Shown: positions 27,971 through 36,937 of the stretch, piece by piece
How the letters are laid out: every line of letters starts with the position of its first letter
How positions within the stretch are numbered: the first letter of the stretch is position 1
Source: Gammaproteobacteria bacterium
GTDB lineage: Bacteria > Pseudomonadota > Gammaproteobacteria > Natronospirales > JAJUFS01
DNA length: 64,000 nt
Reading direction: 5' to 3'
NCBI GenBank assembly: GCA_036381175.1
Contig: DASVDI010000015.1
Span: 14,980 to 78,979, forward strand
Translations under genes and position numbers: made by a program
The notes under the pieces: generated by a model
What the model saw: the letters and a program-made list of their open reading frames with translations, nothing else
What the model was told of the DNA's origin: nothing
The model's database searches: none

Positions 27971-30229
27971 TTGATGGATCGTTCCCGCATTCCGAGTTTC
28001 TACAAATTGTCCGTGCCCGAGCGCGTGCGCATCATGCGCGAGCGCGGCCTGCTGTCCAACGAGGATTACCTCGCGCTGTCCTCGGGACAGCACACGCTGG
28101 ATGTCGATTCCGCCGACAAGATGATCGAGAACGTCATCGGCGTGATGGGATTGCCGGTCGGACTAGCATTGAATTTTCTCGTCAATGGCAAGGACTACGT
28201 CGTTCCATTGGTTGTCGAGGAACCGTCGATTGTCGCCGCGCTTTCATCGGCCGCGAAAACCATTCGCAACGCCGGCGGTTTTGAAACATCCAGCACCGAT
28301 CCAATTCTCATCGGCCAGGTGCAGGTGGTCGAAGTACCGCACATTGCGAAAGCGCAGGCGGCGATCCTGCAACGCAAGGATGAAATCCTGAACCTCGCGA
28401 ATTCGCTGCACCCGAAAATGGTCGCGCGTGGCGGTGGTGCGAAAGATCTCGAAGTGCATGTGCATCCGAGCGAGTACACGAAGTCGGACATGCTCGTCGT
28501 GCACTTGCTGGTCGATACACGCGATGCGATGGGCGCGAATCTCGTCAACACGATGTGCGAAGGTGTTGCATCGCTGGTCGAGAACATCACCGGCGGAAAA
28601 GTCTTCCTGCGCATTCTTTCCAATCTTGCTGATCGTTCGCTCGCGCGCGCGCGTTGTGTGATTCCGCCGGCAGCACTCGCGAAGGGTGGCTTCGACGGCG
28701 AACAGGTGCGCGACGGCATCATCATCGCGAACGAGTTCGCGGTTGTTGATCCGTACCGCGCGGTCACGCACAACAAGGGCGTGATGAACGGCATCGATGC
28801 GGTCGCCCTGGCGACGGGCAACGACTGGCGCGCGATCGAAGCGAGTTGTCATGCCTGGGCGGCGCGCAGCGGACGTTATTCATCATTGACGCGCTGGTAC
28901 AAGGACGATGCGGGCAATCTTGTTGGCGAACTGGAATTGCCCTTGAAGGTCGGTATTGTCGGCGGTTCGCTGCAATCGAATCCGACGGTGGCAATGAATC
29001 ATCGCCTTGTCGGCGTGCAGTCTGCGACTGAACTTGCCGAGCTGATGGCCGCCGCGGGACTCGCACAGAATTTTTCCGCCATTCGCGCGCTTTCCACGGA
29101 AGGCATCCAGCAGGGACACATGACATTGCACGCGCGCAGCGTCGCGGCAACGGCGGGAGCTGCGGCGGAAATTTTCGATACCGTCGTTGATCGTTTGATC
29201 GAGTCCGGCGAGATCAAGGTGTGGAAGGCGCGCGAAATCATTGCAGAAGTATCGCGCCAGTCGAGCGCACCGGCGGTGGCGAGCGCGACACCTTCCGAAG
29301 ACAAGGAACCGCTCGCGGCGGGTTACGGCAAGATCATTTTGTTCGGCGAACACGCGGTAGTTTATGGCCGCCACGCACTTGCAGCTCCCGTGCCGCTCGC
29401 GATCCAGGCGAAAGTCGAGGATGCGAACGATGGCGTTGAAATCATCATCCCGCGCTGGAATGTCGAGGCGCGGTTGCATGAACCGGCAAACCAGCGCCAG
29501 GGTTTTCACAAGCAGTTCGGCATCATTCTCGATGAGCTCGGCCTCGAAAAACGGCCGATGAAAATCGAGATATTCCCGAATGTGCCGCGTGCGATGGGAC
29601 TTGGCGGTTCGGCGGCGTTCGCGGTTGCAGTCATTCGCGCGCTTGATCGTCATTACGGCCTGAAGCTCTCCGACGAAGACGTCAACAATCTCGCGTTCGA
29701 ATCCGAAACCGTTGCGCACGGAACACCGAGTGGCATCGACAACACGATGGCGACTTTCGGACGGCTCATGTTGTATCGCAAAGGCAATCCGCCGCTGCGT
29801 GATTTCCTGACGGCGAGCGAACCGGTTAAATTCGTCGTCGGCATGACCGGCGTGGAAACGCTGACGCACAAGATGGTCACGCGCGTGCGCCAGAACTGGG
29901 AGCGCAACACGGCGCTTTACGAACGGATTTTCAATGAGATTGATGCGCTCACCTTGCAGGGCGTGAAAGCGCTCAAGGAAAACGACCTCGAGCAGATGGG
30001 CGATCTCATGAATGTCTGCCAGGGATTGCTGAACGCCTTGCAGGTATCCAGCTGGGAGCTGGAAGAACTGATGCAGATCGCGCGCGACAACGGTGCGCTG
30101 GGCGCGAAGCTTACCGGTGGTGGCGGTGGCGGCGCGATGATCGCGCTGTGTCCCGACAATGCCGAAACCGTGAAACGCGCGATGCAGGCGGCAGGTTACC
30201 AGGCCATGGAGATTACCGTCGGCGGCTGA
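27971..30229 (+). CDS. Class II HMG-CoA reductase fused to mevalonate kinase
   Basis: N-terminal ENVIG, EEPSIVAA, DAMGAN, HNKG, GIQQGHMTLH; C-terminal GKIILFGEHAVVYG, GLGGSAA, PSGIDN, GAKLTGGGGGG in one ORF. Confidence 0.93.
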   Translation: MMDRSRIPSFYKLSVPERVRIMRERGLLSNEDYLALSSGQHTLDVDSADKMIENVIGVMGLPVGLALNFLVNGKDYVVPLVVEEPSIVAALSSAAKTIRNAGGFETSSTDPILIGQVQVVEVPHIAKAQAAILQRKDEILNLANSLHPKMVARGGGAKDLEVHVHPSEYTKSDMLVVHLLVDTRDAMGANLVNTMCEGVASLVENITGGKVFLRILSNLADRSLARARCVIPPAALAKGGFDGEQVRDGIIIANEFAVVDPYRAVTHNKGVMNGIDAVALATGNDWRAIEASCHAWAARSGRYSSLTRWYKDDAGNLVGELELPLKVGIVGGSLQSNPTVAMNHRLVGVQSATELAELMAAAGLAQNFSAIRALSTEGIQQGHMTLHARSVAATAGAAAEIFDTVVDRLIESGEIKVWKAREIIAEVSRQSSAPAVASATPSEDKEPLAAGYGKIILFGEHAVVYGRHALAAPVPLAIQAKVEDANDGVEIIIPRWNVEARLHEPANQRQGFHKQFGIILDELGLEKRPMKIEIFPNVPRAMGLGGSAAFAVAVIRALDRHYGLKLSDEDVNNLAFESETVAHGTPSGIDNTMATFGRLMLYRKGNPPLRDFLTASEPVKFVVGMTGVETLTHKMVTRVRQNWERNTALYERIFNEIDALTLQGVKALKENDLEQMGDLMNVCQGLLNALQVSSWELEELMQIARDNGALGAKLTGGGGGGAMIALCPDNAETVKRAMQAAGYQAMEITVGG

Positions 30230-30393
30230 GGTCGCATCTGTTCCCGGAATACCGGGACCTTGTGCGCCTTGGCTGTGTTGCAAGCGGTCCCTCGCTGCTC
30301 ATTTACCTTTTGTAAACTCCGCTGCTCGGAACCACTTGCGCCTTGCCAGCGCATCAACAGCTGCAACCTCAGATAGCGCAATCAAGGATCGAC

Positions 30394-30954
30394 ATGAATC
30401 AACCCCGCCACGAAAACGTCTCCAGCGAAAGCGAAGCGCTGATTCTCGTTGATGAAAACGACAATGAGATCGGCACGATTTCAAAAGCCGACGCGCACGA
30501 TGCGAACGGAACGCTGCATCGCGCATTCTCGCTGTTCATTTTCAATGACAAGGGCGAATTGCTGTTGCAGCAGCGCAGCGCGGAAAAACGCCTCTGGGGC
30601 GGCTACTGGTCGAACTCCTGTTGCTCGCATCCGCGCGCCGGCGAAAAAATGGATGAAGCGATTCATCGCCGCCTCGAACAGGAACTCGGCATGAGCGCCG
30701 AGCTCGAGTTCGTCTACAAGTTCACCTACCAGGCGGACTTCGGCGAACACGGTGCCGAGCACGAACTGTGCTGGGTGTACGTCGGCCGCGCGATGAGTGA
30801 AGTGCAAGCAAATACATCGGAGATTTCCGACTGGCGCTGGATTGCTCCCGCGGCTCTGGACAAGGAAATGGCGACGAATCCGGAACGCTTCACGCCCTGG
30901 TTTCAATTGGAGTGGGAACGGTTGAAACAGGATTTCGCGGAGCGATTGCCATAG
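30394..30954 (+). CDS. idi: Isopentenyl-diphosphate delta-isomerase, type I
   Basis: LHRAFS, LLQQRS..K, WSNSCCSHP, RRL.QELG, EHELC, FTPWF; start set at MNQPRHE. Confidence 0.95.
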   Translation: MNQPRHENVSSESEALILVDENDNEIGTISKADAHDANGTLHRAFSLFIFNDKGELLLQQRSAEKRLWGGYWSNSCCSHPRAGEKMDEAIHRRLEQELGMSAELEFVYKFTYQADFGEHGAEHELCWVYVGRAMSEVQANTSEISDWRWIAPAALDKEMATNPERFTPWFQLEWERLKQDFAERLP

Positions 30955-30993
30955 CGATGGCCATGGCGCTATTCAGAACAATCAATTGAAACA

Positions 30994-32343
30994 ATGAACG
31001 GGGGGTTCAAGGTGGAAGGAAAGAAGAAGAAAAAGATCGGCAAACGGATTTTGCTTTCGGTTGCCTCGCTCGCAGTTTTCGCTGTAATTGCAGCATTCAC
31101 TCTCCTGTCTTTTGCAACCGTCGAACTGACGGCTGCCGGCGCGCCTAACCGCTTGCGCATTCCTGTATTGCCGGGAATCGGCGATGCCGCGATACCGATA
31201 TTCGTGAAGACCGGGGACAAGCTCTCCATCCCCGGATTCCTCGACGGTCCGATTGTTCGCATGAACAAGGACGGTTCCTGGTCCGCCACGTGGTTCTGCG
31301 AGGACAGGGCAGTGAGCGCGCAGGGCCGCGCTGCCGTGTTGCAGATCGAATGTGCGGGTGAATCCCGGTCGTTCACTTTGAAATCGACGGGAACACCGGC
31401 GGCGGTCGCGCCGATGCCCGAAAAAGTCGTCGTACTGAGCGACCTCGAGGGCAACATTGTGTTTCTCGATGAAGCGCTGCGCGAGCTCGGAATCGTCAAT
31501 GACGCCGGCGACTGGCAATACGAAACAGGACACCTCGTGATACTCGGCGATTCCGTTGACCGGGGCCGCGACGTTTTTGCCGTGCTCTGGTGGCTGCATG
31601 ACCTCGCGGTGCAGGCGAGCGCGTCGGGTGGCGCTGTGCATGTCGTGCTCGGGAATCACGATCAGTACATGCTGCGCACGAATCCTTCCAAGGCAAATCG
31701 CGATCACATCTACGCGCTGAACATGATGGGCGGTTACCAGCAGGCCTTCGCCGATGAGACCGTCATCGGGCATTGGCTGCGACAGCAACCCGTGCTGTTG
31801 AAACTGGGCTCCGTTCTGTTTGCGCACGGCGGTGTGAGTCCCGACGTTGTTCGATCGGGGCTTTCGGTCGAGGAGATCAACAGCGCGATGAAGGCGTACT
31901 GGAATACGCCGCGCGAAAAACAGCAACGTTCTGCAGCGCTGGATGCCGTGCTCGGTCATACCGGCGTGACTCAGTACCGCGGATATTTCAAGGGAATCGA
32001 GGGACGCTATCCGGCGGCGAGCGATGCCGAAATCGAGCAGGTGCTGGAGCACTTCGAGGCGAGCCAGATCGTTGTTGCGCACACGGTTGTCGAGCAAGTC
32101 AAAAGCCTTCGCGATGGTCGAGTTTACGCGGTGGATGTGAACAGCGATGAATCCTTGCCCCAAGTGCTGGCGTTCGAAAACGGCATCGCAAAAGTCATCA
32201 ATATCGGTGTTTCCAGGAACATCGGTGAACAGGATGCCGCCACGCTTCGAGAGTTCAGTCTCGGCAACGCCGCTGATCGGAAAATGCTTCTCGACATGTA
32301 CAAGGACATCGGCAGGTTGTCCGCTCTGCCGTATCCCTATTGA
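30994..32343 (+). CDS. Membrane-anchored metallophosphoesterase (Shewanella-like phosphatase type)
   Basis: SDLEG, LGDSVDRG, LGNHD, FAHGG, VVAHT motifs; N-terminal hydrophobic anchor. Confidence 0.85.
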   Translation: MNGGFKVEGKKKKKIGKRILLSVASLAVFAVIAAFTLLSFATVELTAAGAPNRLRIPVLPGIGDAAIPIFVKTGDKLSIPGFLDGPIVRMNKDGSWSATWFCEDRAVSAQGRAAVLQIECAGESRSFTLKSTGTPAAVAPMPEKVVVLSDLEGNIVFLDEALRELGIVNDAGDWQYETGHLVILGDSVDRGRDVFAVLWWLHDLAVQASASGGAVHVVLGNHDQYMLRTNPSKANRDHIYALNMMGGYQQAFADETVIGHWLRQQPVLLKLGSVLFAHGGVSPDVVRSGLSVEEINSAMKAYWNTPREKQQRSAALDAVLGHTGVTQYRGYFKGIEGRYPAASDAEIEQVLEHFEASQIVVAHTVVEQVKSLRDGRVYAVDVNSDESLPQVLAFENGIAKVINIGVSRNIGEQDAATLREFSLGNAADRKMLLDMYKDIGRLSALPYPY

Positions 32344-32434
32344 CCGTGAAACAATTTCGTTGAAAAACCGCGGCTGAAACCCTGGAATAAGGAGTATTCA
32401 TTATTCTTCTTCCATGACCGCCCGCTATCATTGA

Positions 32435-33244
32435 ATGCAACAGCCACACGCATTCAAGGTGCGCGCCATGCCCGAATCCCGGTTACCACTTCATATCCAG
32501 GCTTGCTACATCGGCTCGCGCATCGATACGCGGGAGATGGAAAAACGCGATGCTGTGCTGCTCGCGCCGCTGGTGCTGCGCGCGGGCAATCGCGGTCATG
32601 CGGTGGTGTTCCGTTTCGGTGTGGTCGTGTTCATCGACATGGTCGAAGTCGAACGGCAGGAACTGATCGAACGCCTGAGATCGCGGATCATCAATCCCGT
32701 CACCTTGCCGTCATGCGAGGATCTTGACGCGACGCTCGGCGAGGACGACAAGCTCGATTCCGAGGGACGATTGGTGTTGCGCGATGCGAGTCCGGAGCGC
32801 CTGCAAGTGGTTGCAAGCGTGCTGGCGAAGAGTGCGGTGCTCGGTTACTACGAACTCGCCCTGAACCAGGTGTTCGACCGCATCGAACATCTTGCTGACA
32901 AGTTTCGTGCCGGCTCCTACCGTGTACGCGACCGCGAACTGTTGCGCGAGATCGGCGACGTGTTGCTCGCGCAGACGAAAATGGTCGGCCGTGTGGAAGC
33001 CGCGGAAAAGCCGGAGATCACCTGGGATAATCCCGAGTTCGATCGCCTTTACGAACGGCTTGCCGTGGAATACGAATTGCGTGATCGCGACAAGGCGCTG
33101 ACCCGCAAGCTGGCAGTGGTGTCCGATACCGCACACACGCATCTCGAGTTGCTCTACAACCGCCGCACACTCCGGGTCGAGTGGTACATCGTCATCCTGA
33201 TCGTGTTCGAGATCGCCCTGACGCTGTTCGAAAAACTGGGCTGA
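32435..33244 (+). CDS. RMD1/DUF155 family protein
   Basis: VVFRFGVVVFI, LAKSAVL..YE, LY.RL..EYEL..R, LEWYIVILI.FEI C-terminus; start uncertain. Confidence 0.85.
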   Translation: MQQPHAFKVRAMPESRLPLHIQACYIGSRIDTREMEKRDAVLLAPLVLRAGNRGHAVVFRFGVVVFIDMVEVERQELIERLRSRIINPVTLPSCEDLDATLGEDDKLDSEGRLVLRDASPERLQVVASVLAKSAVLGYYELALNQVFDRIEHLADKFRAGSYRVRDRELLREIGDVLLAQTKMVGRVEAAEKPEITWDNPEFDRLYERLAVEYELRDRDKALTRKLAVVSDTAHTHLELLYNRRTLRVEWYIVILIVFEIALTLFEKLG

Positions 33245-33462
33245 CAGCGGAATTTCCGGAAACTTTTTGCCCTCCGCGCGCTCAAACGTTTCTTGAGTCA
33301 TGGGGGCATTGTTGGTTCCGTGACGCCCTTGAGCATGTTGCGGGATGAGGGTCGCAATTTCGCCCGCGTTTCCTGCTCGTTGTTGGCGCATTCGCCAGAA
33401 TCCGCTGCATCACGTATAAGGTCGAATGCCTGATCACCCAGGCGCCGACCAGAGGAGCTTCT

Positions 33463-35175
33463 ATGCGTATTAAAAGAATATTGCCGGGAATACTGCCGGT
33501 TTTCTGCATTGCCGTGCTGGCTGCCTGCCAGCCGCAGGAAAAGGCGCCGACGCCCGTTGAAGTGGCGGACCGCATTGACGCGCAGAACATTCGCGCGCAC
33601 ATGGAATTTCTTGCCGACGACCTGCTGGAAGGGCGCGACACCGGCGAGCGCGGCTACGCCATCGCGGCGCAATATTTTGCGACGCAGTGCAAGCTGATGG
33701 GTCTTGAGCCGGCCGGCGATGCCGGTTCGTATTTCCAGCAGGTGACATTCCGTCGCAGTACATTCGATGGTGGCGAAGCGGCGTTCACTCTGAACGGAAA
33801 GACGCAGCAGCTCTCGGTTCCCGATGACATCGCGATTAGCGGCAGCTACAACGCGAAAGAAGAAAGTGTGAGCGGCGGTATCGTGTTTGTCGGCTTCGGC
33901 ATCAGCGCGCCGGAATTCGGCTACGACGATTACGCCAATGTCGATGTCGAGGACAAGATCGTCATGCTGGTGCGCCGCGGTGCGCCGGAAAGTTTCCCGA
34001 GTGACGAACGCGCGTATTACTCATCTTCCAGCTACAAGCTCGGCGAAGCGGTTCGCCGCGGCGCGAAAGGCCTGTTGCTGGTGACAACGCCCGAGGCACA
34101 GGAGCGTTATTCCTGGGAACGCCTCAAGGGTTATGCATCGCGCGGCGGACTGGAATGGATTTCTCCCGATGGCAGCGTGCCGAACGCGCATCCCGAGTTG
34201 AAAGTCACGGCCGTGCTCAACTACGAGCTGCAGGCGAGCGTTTTCGAAAACGCGCCGATGCCGCTGGCCGACATCCTGGTGAAACTCGAGGCTGGCGAAC
34301 CGGTGAGTTTCGAGCTGCCCGCGTCGCTTGATGTGACACGCCGTTCGGCCTGGGAAGAAATCACGTCGCCGAATGTTGCCTGCGTGCTGCCCGGCAGCGA
34401 CCCGGCACTTCAAGACGAATACGTGCTGTTCAGCGGTCATCTTGATCACGTCGGCACCGATGATAGTGATAATCCGGAGGGGGAAGGCGAAGATCACATC
34501 TACAACGGCGCGTATGACAACGCGACCGGCATCGCGATAATGCTCGAAGTTGCGCGCGTTTATTCGTCGATGCCCGAAGCGCCGAAACGTTCGTTGCTGT
34601 TCCTCGCCGTCACCGCGGAAGAAAAAGGTCTGCTGGGTTCCGAATACTGGGCGGCAAACCCGACGGTGCCGATCGAAAACGTTTCCGCGAACGTGAACCT
34701 CGACATGCCGGTGCTGACTTTCCCGCTCGCGGATGTGATTGCTTATGGCGCGGAACATTCCGAGCTGGGCGAGATCGTGCGCGAACAGTCCGCGACGCAG
34801 GATCTCGCGCTCACGCCGGATCCGTGGCCCGAGCAGGTCATTTTCGTGCGCAGCGACCAGTACAGCTTCGTGAAGGCCGGCGTGCCGGCGGTGTTCCTCG
34901 TGCCGGGCTGGACGTCAACCGATCCCGCGATCGACGGTGAGGCCGAGATGGCCAGGTTCATGGAAGAGAACTATCACGAACTCAGCGACGATCTTTCGCT
35001 GCCATTCGACATGGACTCCGCACAGCGTTTCGCGGCGGCGAATTTCCTCATCGGTCTTGAAGTGGCCAACCGCGCCGACATGGTGAAGTGGAAAGCCGGT
35101 GATTTCTTCGGCACGCGCTTTGCGACCGAGGACAGGATGCTCAAGGCGACCGCGACACTGGAGGCGGGCAAGTAA
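33463..35175 (+). CDS. M28 family metallopeptidase with PA domain (lipoprotein)
   Basis: LAAC lipobox, LADDLLEGR, GHLDHVG, GAYDNATG, AEEKGLLGS, RSDQYSF. Confidence 0.92.
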   Translation: MRIKRILPGILPVFCIAVLAACQPQEKAPTPVEVADRIDAQNIRAHMEFLADDLLEGRDTGERGYAIAAQYFATQCKLMGLEPAGDAGSYFQQVTFRRSTFDGGEAAFTLNGKTQQLSVPDDIAISGSYNAKEESVSGGIVFVGFGISAPEFGYDDYANVDVEDKIVMLVRRGAPESFPSDERAYYSSSSYKLGEAVRRGAKGLLLVTTPEAQERYSWERLKGYASRGGLEWISPDGSVPNAHPELKVTAVLNYELQASVFENAPMPLADILVKLEAGEPVSFELPASLDVTRRSAWEEITSPNVACVLPGSDPALQDEYVLFSGHLDHVGTDDSDNPEGEGEDHIYNGAYDNATGIAIMLEVARVYSSMPEAPKRSLLFLAVTAEEKGLLGSEYWAANPTVPIENVSANVNLDMPVLTFPLADVIAYGAEHSELGEIVREQSATQDLALTPDPWPEQVIFVRSDQYSFVKAGVPAVFLVPGWTSTDPAIDGEAEMARFMEENYHELSDDLSLPFDMDSAQRFAAANFLIGLEVANRADMVKWKAGDFFGTRFATEDRMLKATATLEAGK

Positions 35176-35192
35176 GACGTTTTGACGCAATG

Positions 35193-35226
35193 AAAAAAGC
35201 CGGGAATCTTTCCCGGCTTTTTTTTT
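35193..35226. terminator. Bidirectional intrinsic terminator
   Basis: aaaaaagccgggaa-tct-ttcccggctttttt between convergent genes. Confidence 0.88.
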
Positions 35227-35229
35227 GCT

Positions 35230-36819
35230 TCACGCTTCGAGTGGCAAGGTCTGCGCGAAATACCGTTCAAGATACTCATCGAAGCTGAGCGTGTCGGCGG
35301 CTTCGATGGCGCGTTGTTCGACGAGCGAACGTTCGGCGGTTTCACGGAAGAAGGTTTCGCGTTCCGGCGCGAGCGGTTGCGCGAGATACGCGTCGCGATG
35401 TTCGACGGATTTGCGCATGGCGAAGTCGAAGAAGGATTCCTCGTTGCTGCGCATTTCATCGAGCATGCGTGCCGAGGGTGTCTGTTCCGGATCGCGTGCA
35501 ATCAGGCGTTGCGCGGCAAGCGCGGATGAGTAGCGGCGGTCCGGTTCGCAGCCATCCAGGATTTCAGCAACGGATTGCATGGCTTCGAGCGCTTCGTCCG
35601 CCCAGTCGCGCAGTTCGACGTCCTGGCCGTTGTGGCGCAGTTTCAATCCGGGTTCGCGGCCGCGCGTCGCGACCTGTGTCTGGTTGTAATCGATCTCGGC
35701 CTGCTCATCTGCGCTGATCGGCGGGCTTGCGCTCAACAGGCAGAAGGCGAGAAACACTTCCAGGAAATAAAGCTCGGGCAGGTTCACGCCGGCGGGATCG
35801 AAAGCGGAAACATCCAGCGCGCGCACTTCGATGTAACGCACGCCGCGGCGCTTGAGCGCGAGTGTCGGCTTTTCGCCAGAGCGCGTGATGTTCTTCGGGC
35901 GAATGAAACTGTAGTACTCGTTCTCGATCTGCAGGATGTGGTCGTTGAGTTGCCGCCAGCCATCGGGCGTTTTCACGCCGATCTTCGAGTAGGGCGGCCA
36001 GGGCGTGCCGATGGCGCGCGCGAGGCTCGCGACGTAACTGTCGAGATCGTTGTACGACACGTTCAACGCCGCCTGCGCCGCCTTGTTCTTGTAGCCGATG
36101 TCGCTCATGCGCAGCGATGTCGCGTAGGGCAACCAGGCAGTGTGTGAATCGTTGATTCGGATTCCCGGAAGATCGCCGCCGCTGGCATCGAGAAAACTGC
36201 GGCACACCGCCGGGGATGCGCCAAACAGGTACGGAATGAGCCAGCCGAGTCGCTGGAAGTTGCGCACCAGGCCAAAGTAGGCCGTGTTCTTCACCGCTTC
36301 CGGACTTTCCCCGCCAAACCGTTCGCGCCACGCCGGCCAGAATTCCTCGGGCAGCGAGTAGTTGAAATGCACGCCGGAAATGGTCTGCATGCGTCGTCCG
36401 TAGCGGTGCCCGAGCCCGTGCCGATAAATGTGTTTCATGCGCCCGACATTCGAGCTGCCGTAAAGCGCGATCGGAATGTCTTCATCGCGCCCGAGCTTGC
36501 ACGGCATGCTCGTCGCCCACAGCAGCTCGTCGTTCATGTTCGCGTAGGTGTAGCGCTGCACGTCATGCAGGAAGTCGAGCGTGGCGCGGGCGTCGGTGTG
36601 CGGCGGCGTGATGAATTCCAGCAGAACCTCTGCGTAATCCGTCGTAATGAACGGATGAGTCAACGTTGCGCCAAGCGATGCCGGGTGCGGCGTGTGCGCA
36701 AGTTTGCCATCCGCGCTGACGCGCAGGCTTTCCTTCTCCAGGCCCTTCAGACCGCCGTGAAAAAGGCAGCCGCCGGCACGGCCGAGGGCATCAAGCGTCG
36801 CGGTTTCAGGATATTGCAA
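35230..36819 (-). CDS. gshA: Glutamate-cysteine ligase
   Basis: GLEKESLRV, ITTDYAE.LLEFITP, MQTISGVHFNYS, ATSLRMSD.GY, QIENEYY..IRPK, YIEVRALD. Confidence 0.96.
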   Translation of the reverse strand: MQYPETATLDALGRAGGCLFHGGLKGLEKESLRVSADGKLAHTPHPASLGATLTHPFITTDYAEVLLEFITPPHTDARATLDFLHDVQRYTYANMNDELLWATSMPCKLGRDEDIPIALYGSSNVGRMKHIYRHGLGHRYGRRMQTISGVHFNYSLPEEFWPAWRERFGGESPEAVKNTAYFGLVRNFQRLGWLIPYLFGASPAVCRSFLDASGGDLPGIRINDSHTAWLPYATSLRMSDIGYKNKAAQAALNVSYNDLDSYVASLARAIGTPWPPYSKIGVKTPDGWRQLNDHILQIENEYYSFIRPKNITRSGEKPTLALKRRGVRYIEVRALDVSAFDPAGVNLPELYFLEVFLAFCLLSASPPISADEQAEIDYNQTQVATRGREPGLKLRHNGQDVELRDWADEALEAMQSVAEILDGCEPDRRYSSALAAQRLIARDPEQTPSARMLDEMRSNEESFFDFAMRKSVEHRDAYLAQPLAPERETFFRETAERSLVEQRAIEAADTLSFDEYLERYFAQTLPLEA

Positions 36820-36937
36820 GTGGCTGTCTCTTCTGTGGACTGGAAATCGGGGGAGTATGCCGCGTCATGCGGGAGAGCGGGCCGGCGCATTATGCCGAAA
36901 GATTGTCCGACCTTGAACCAATTACGGGTTTTCTCGC

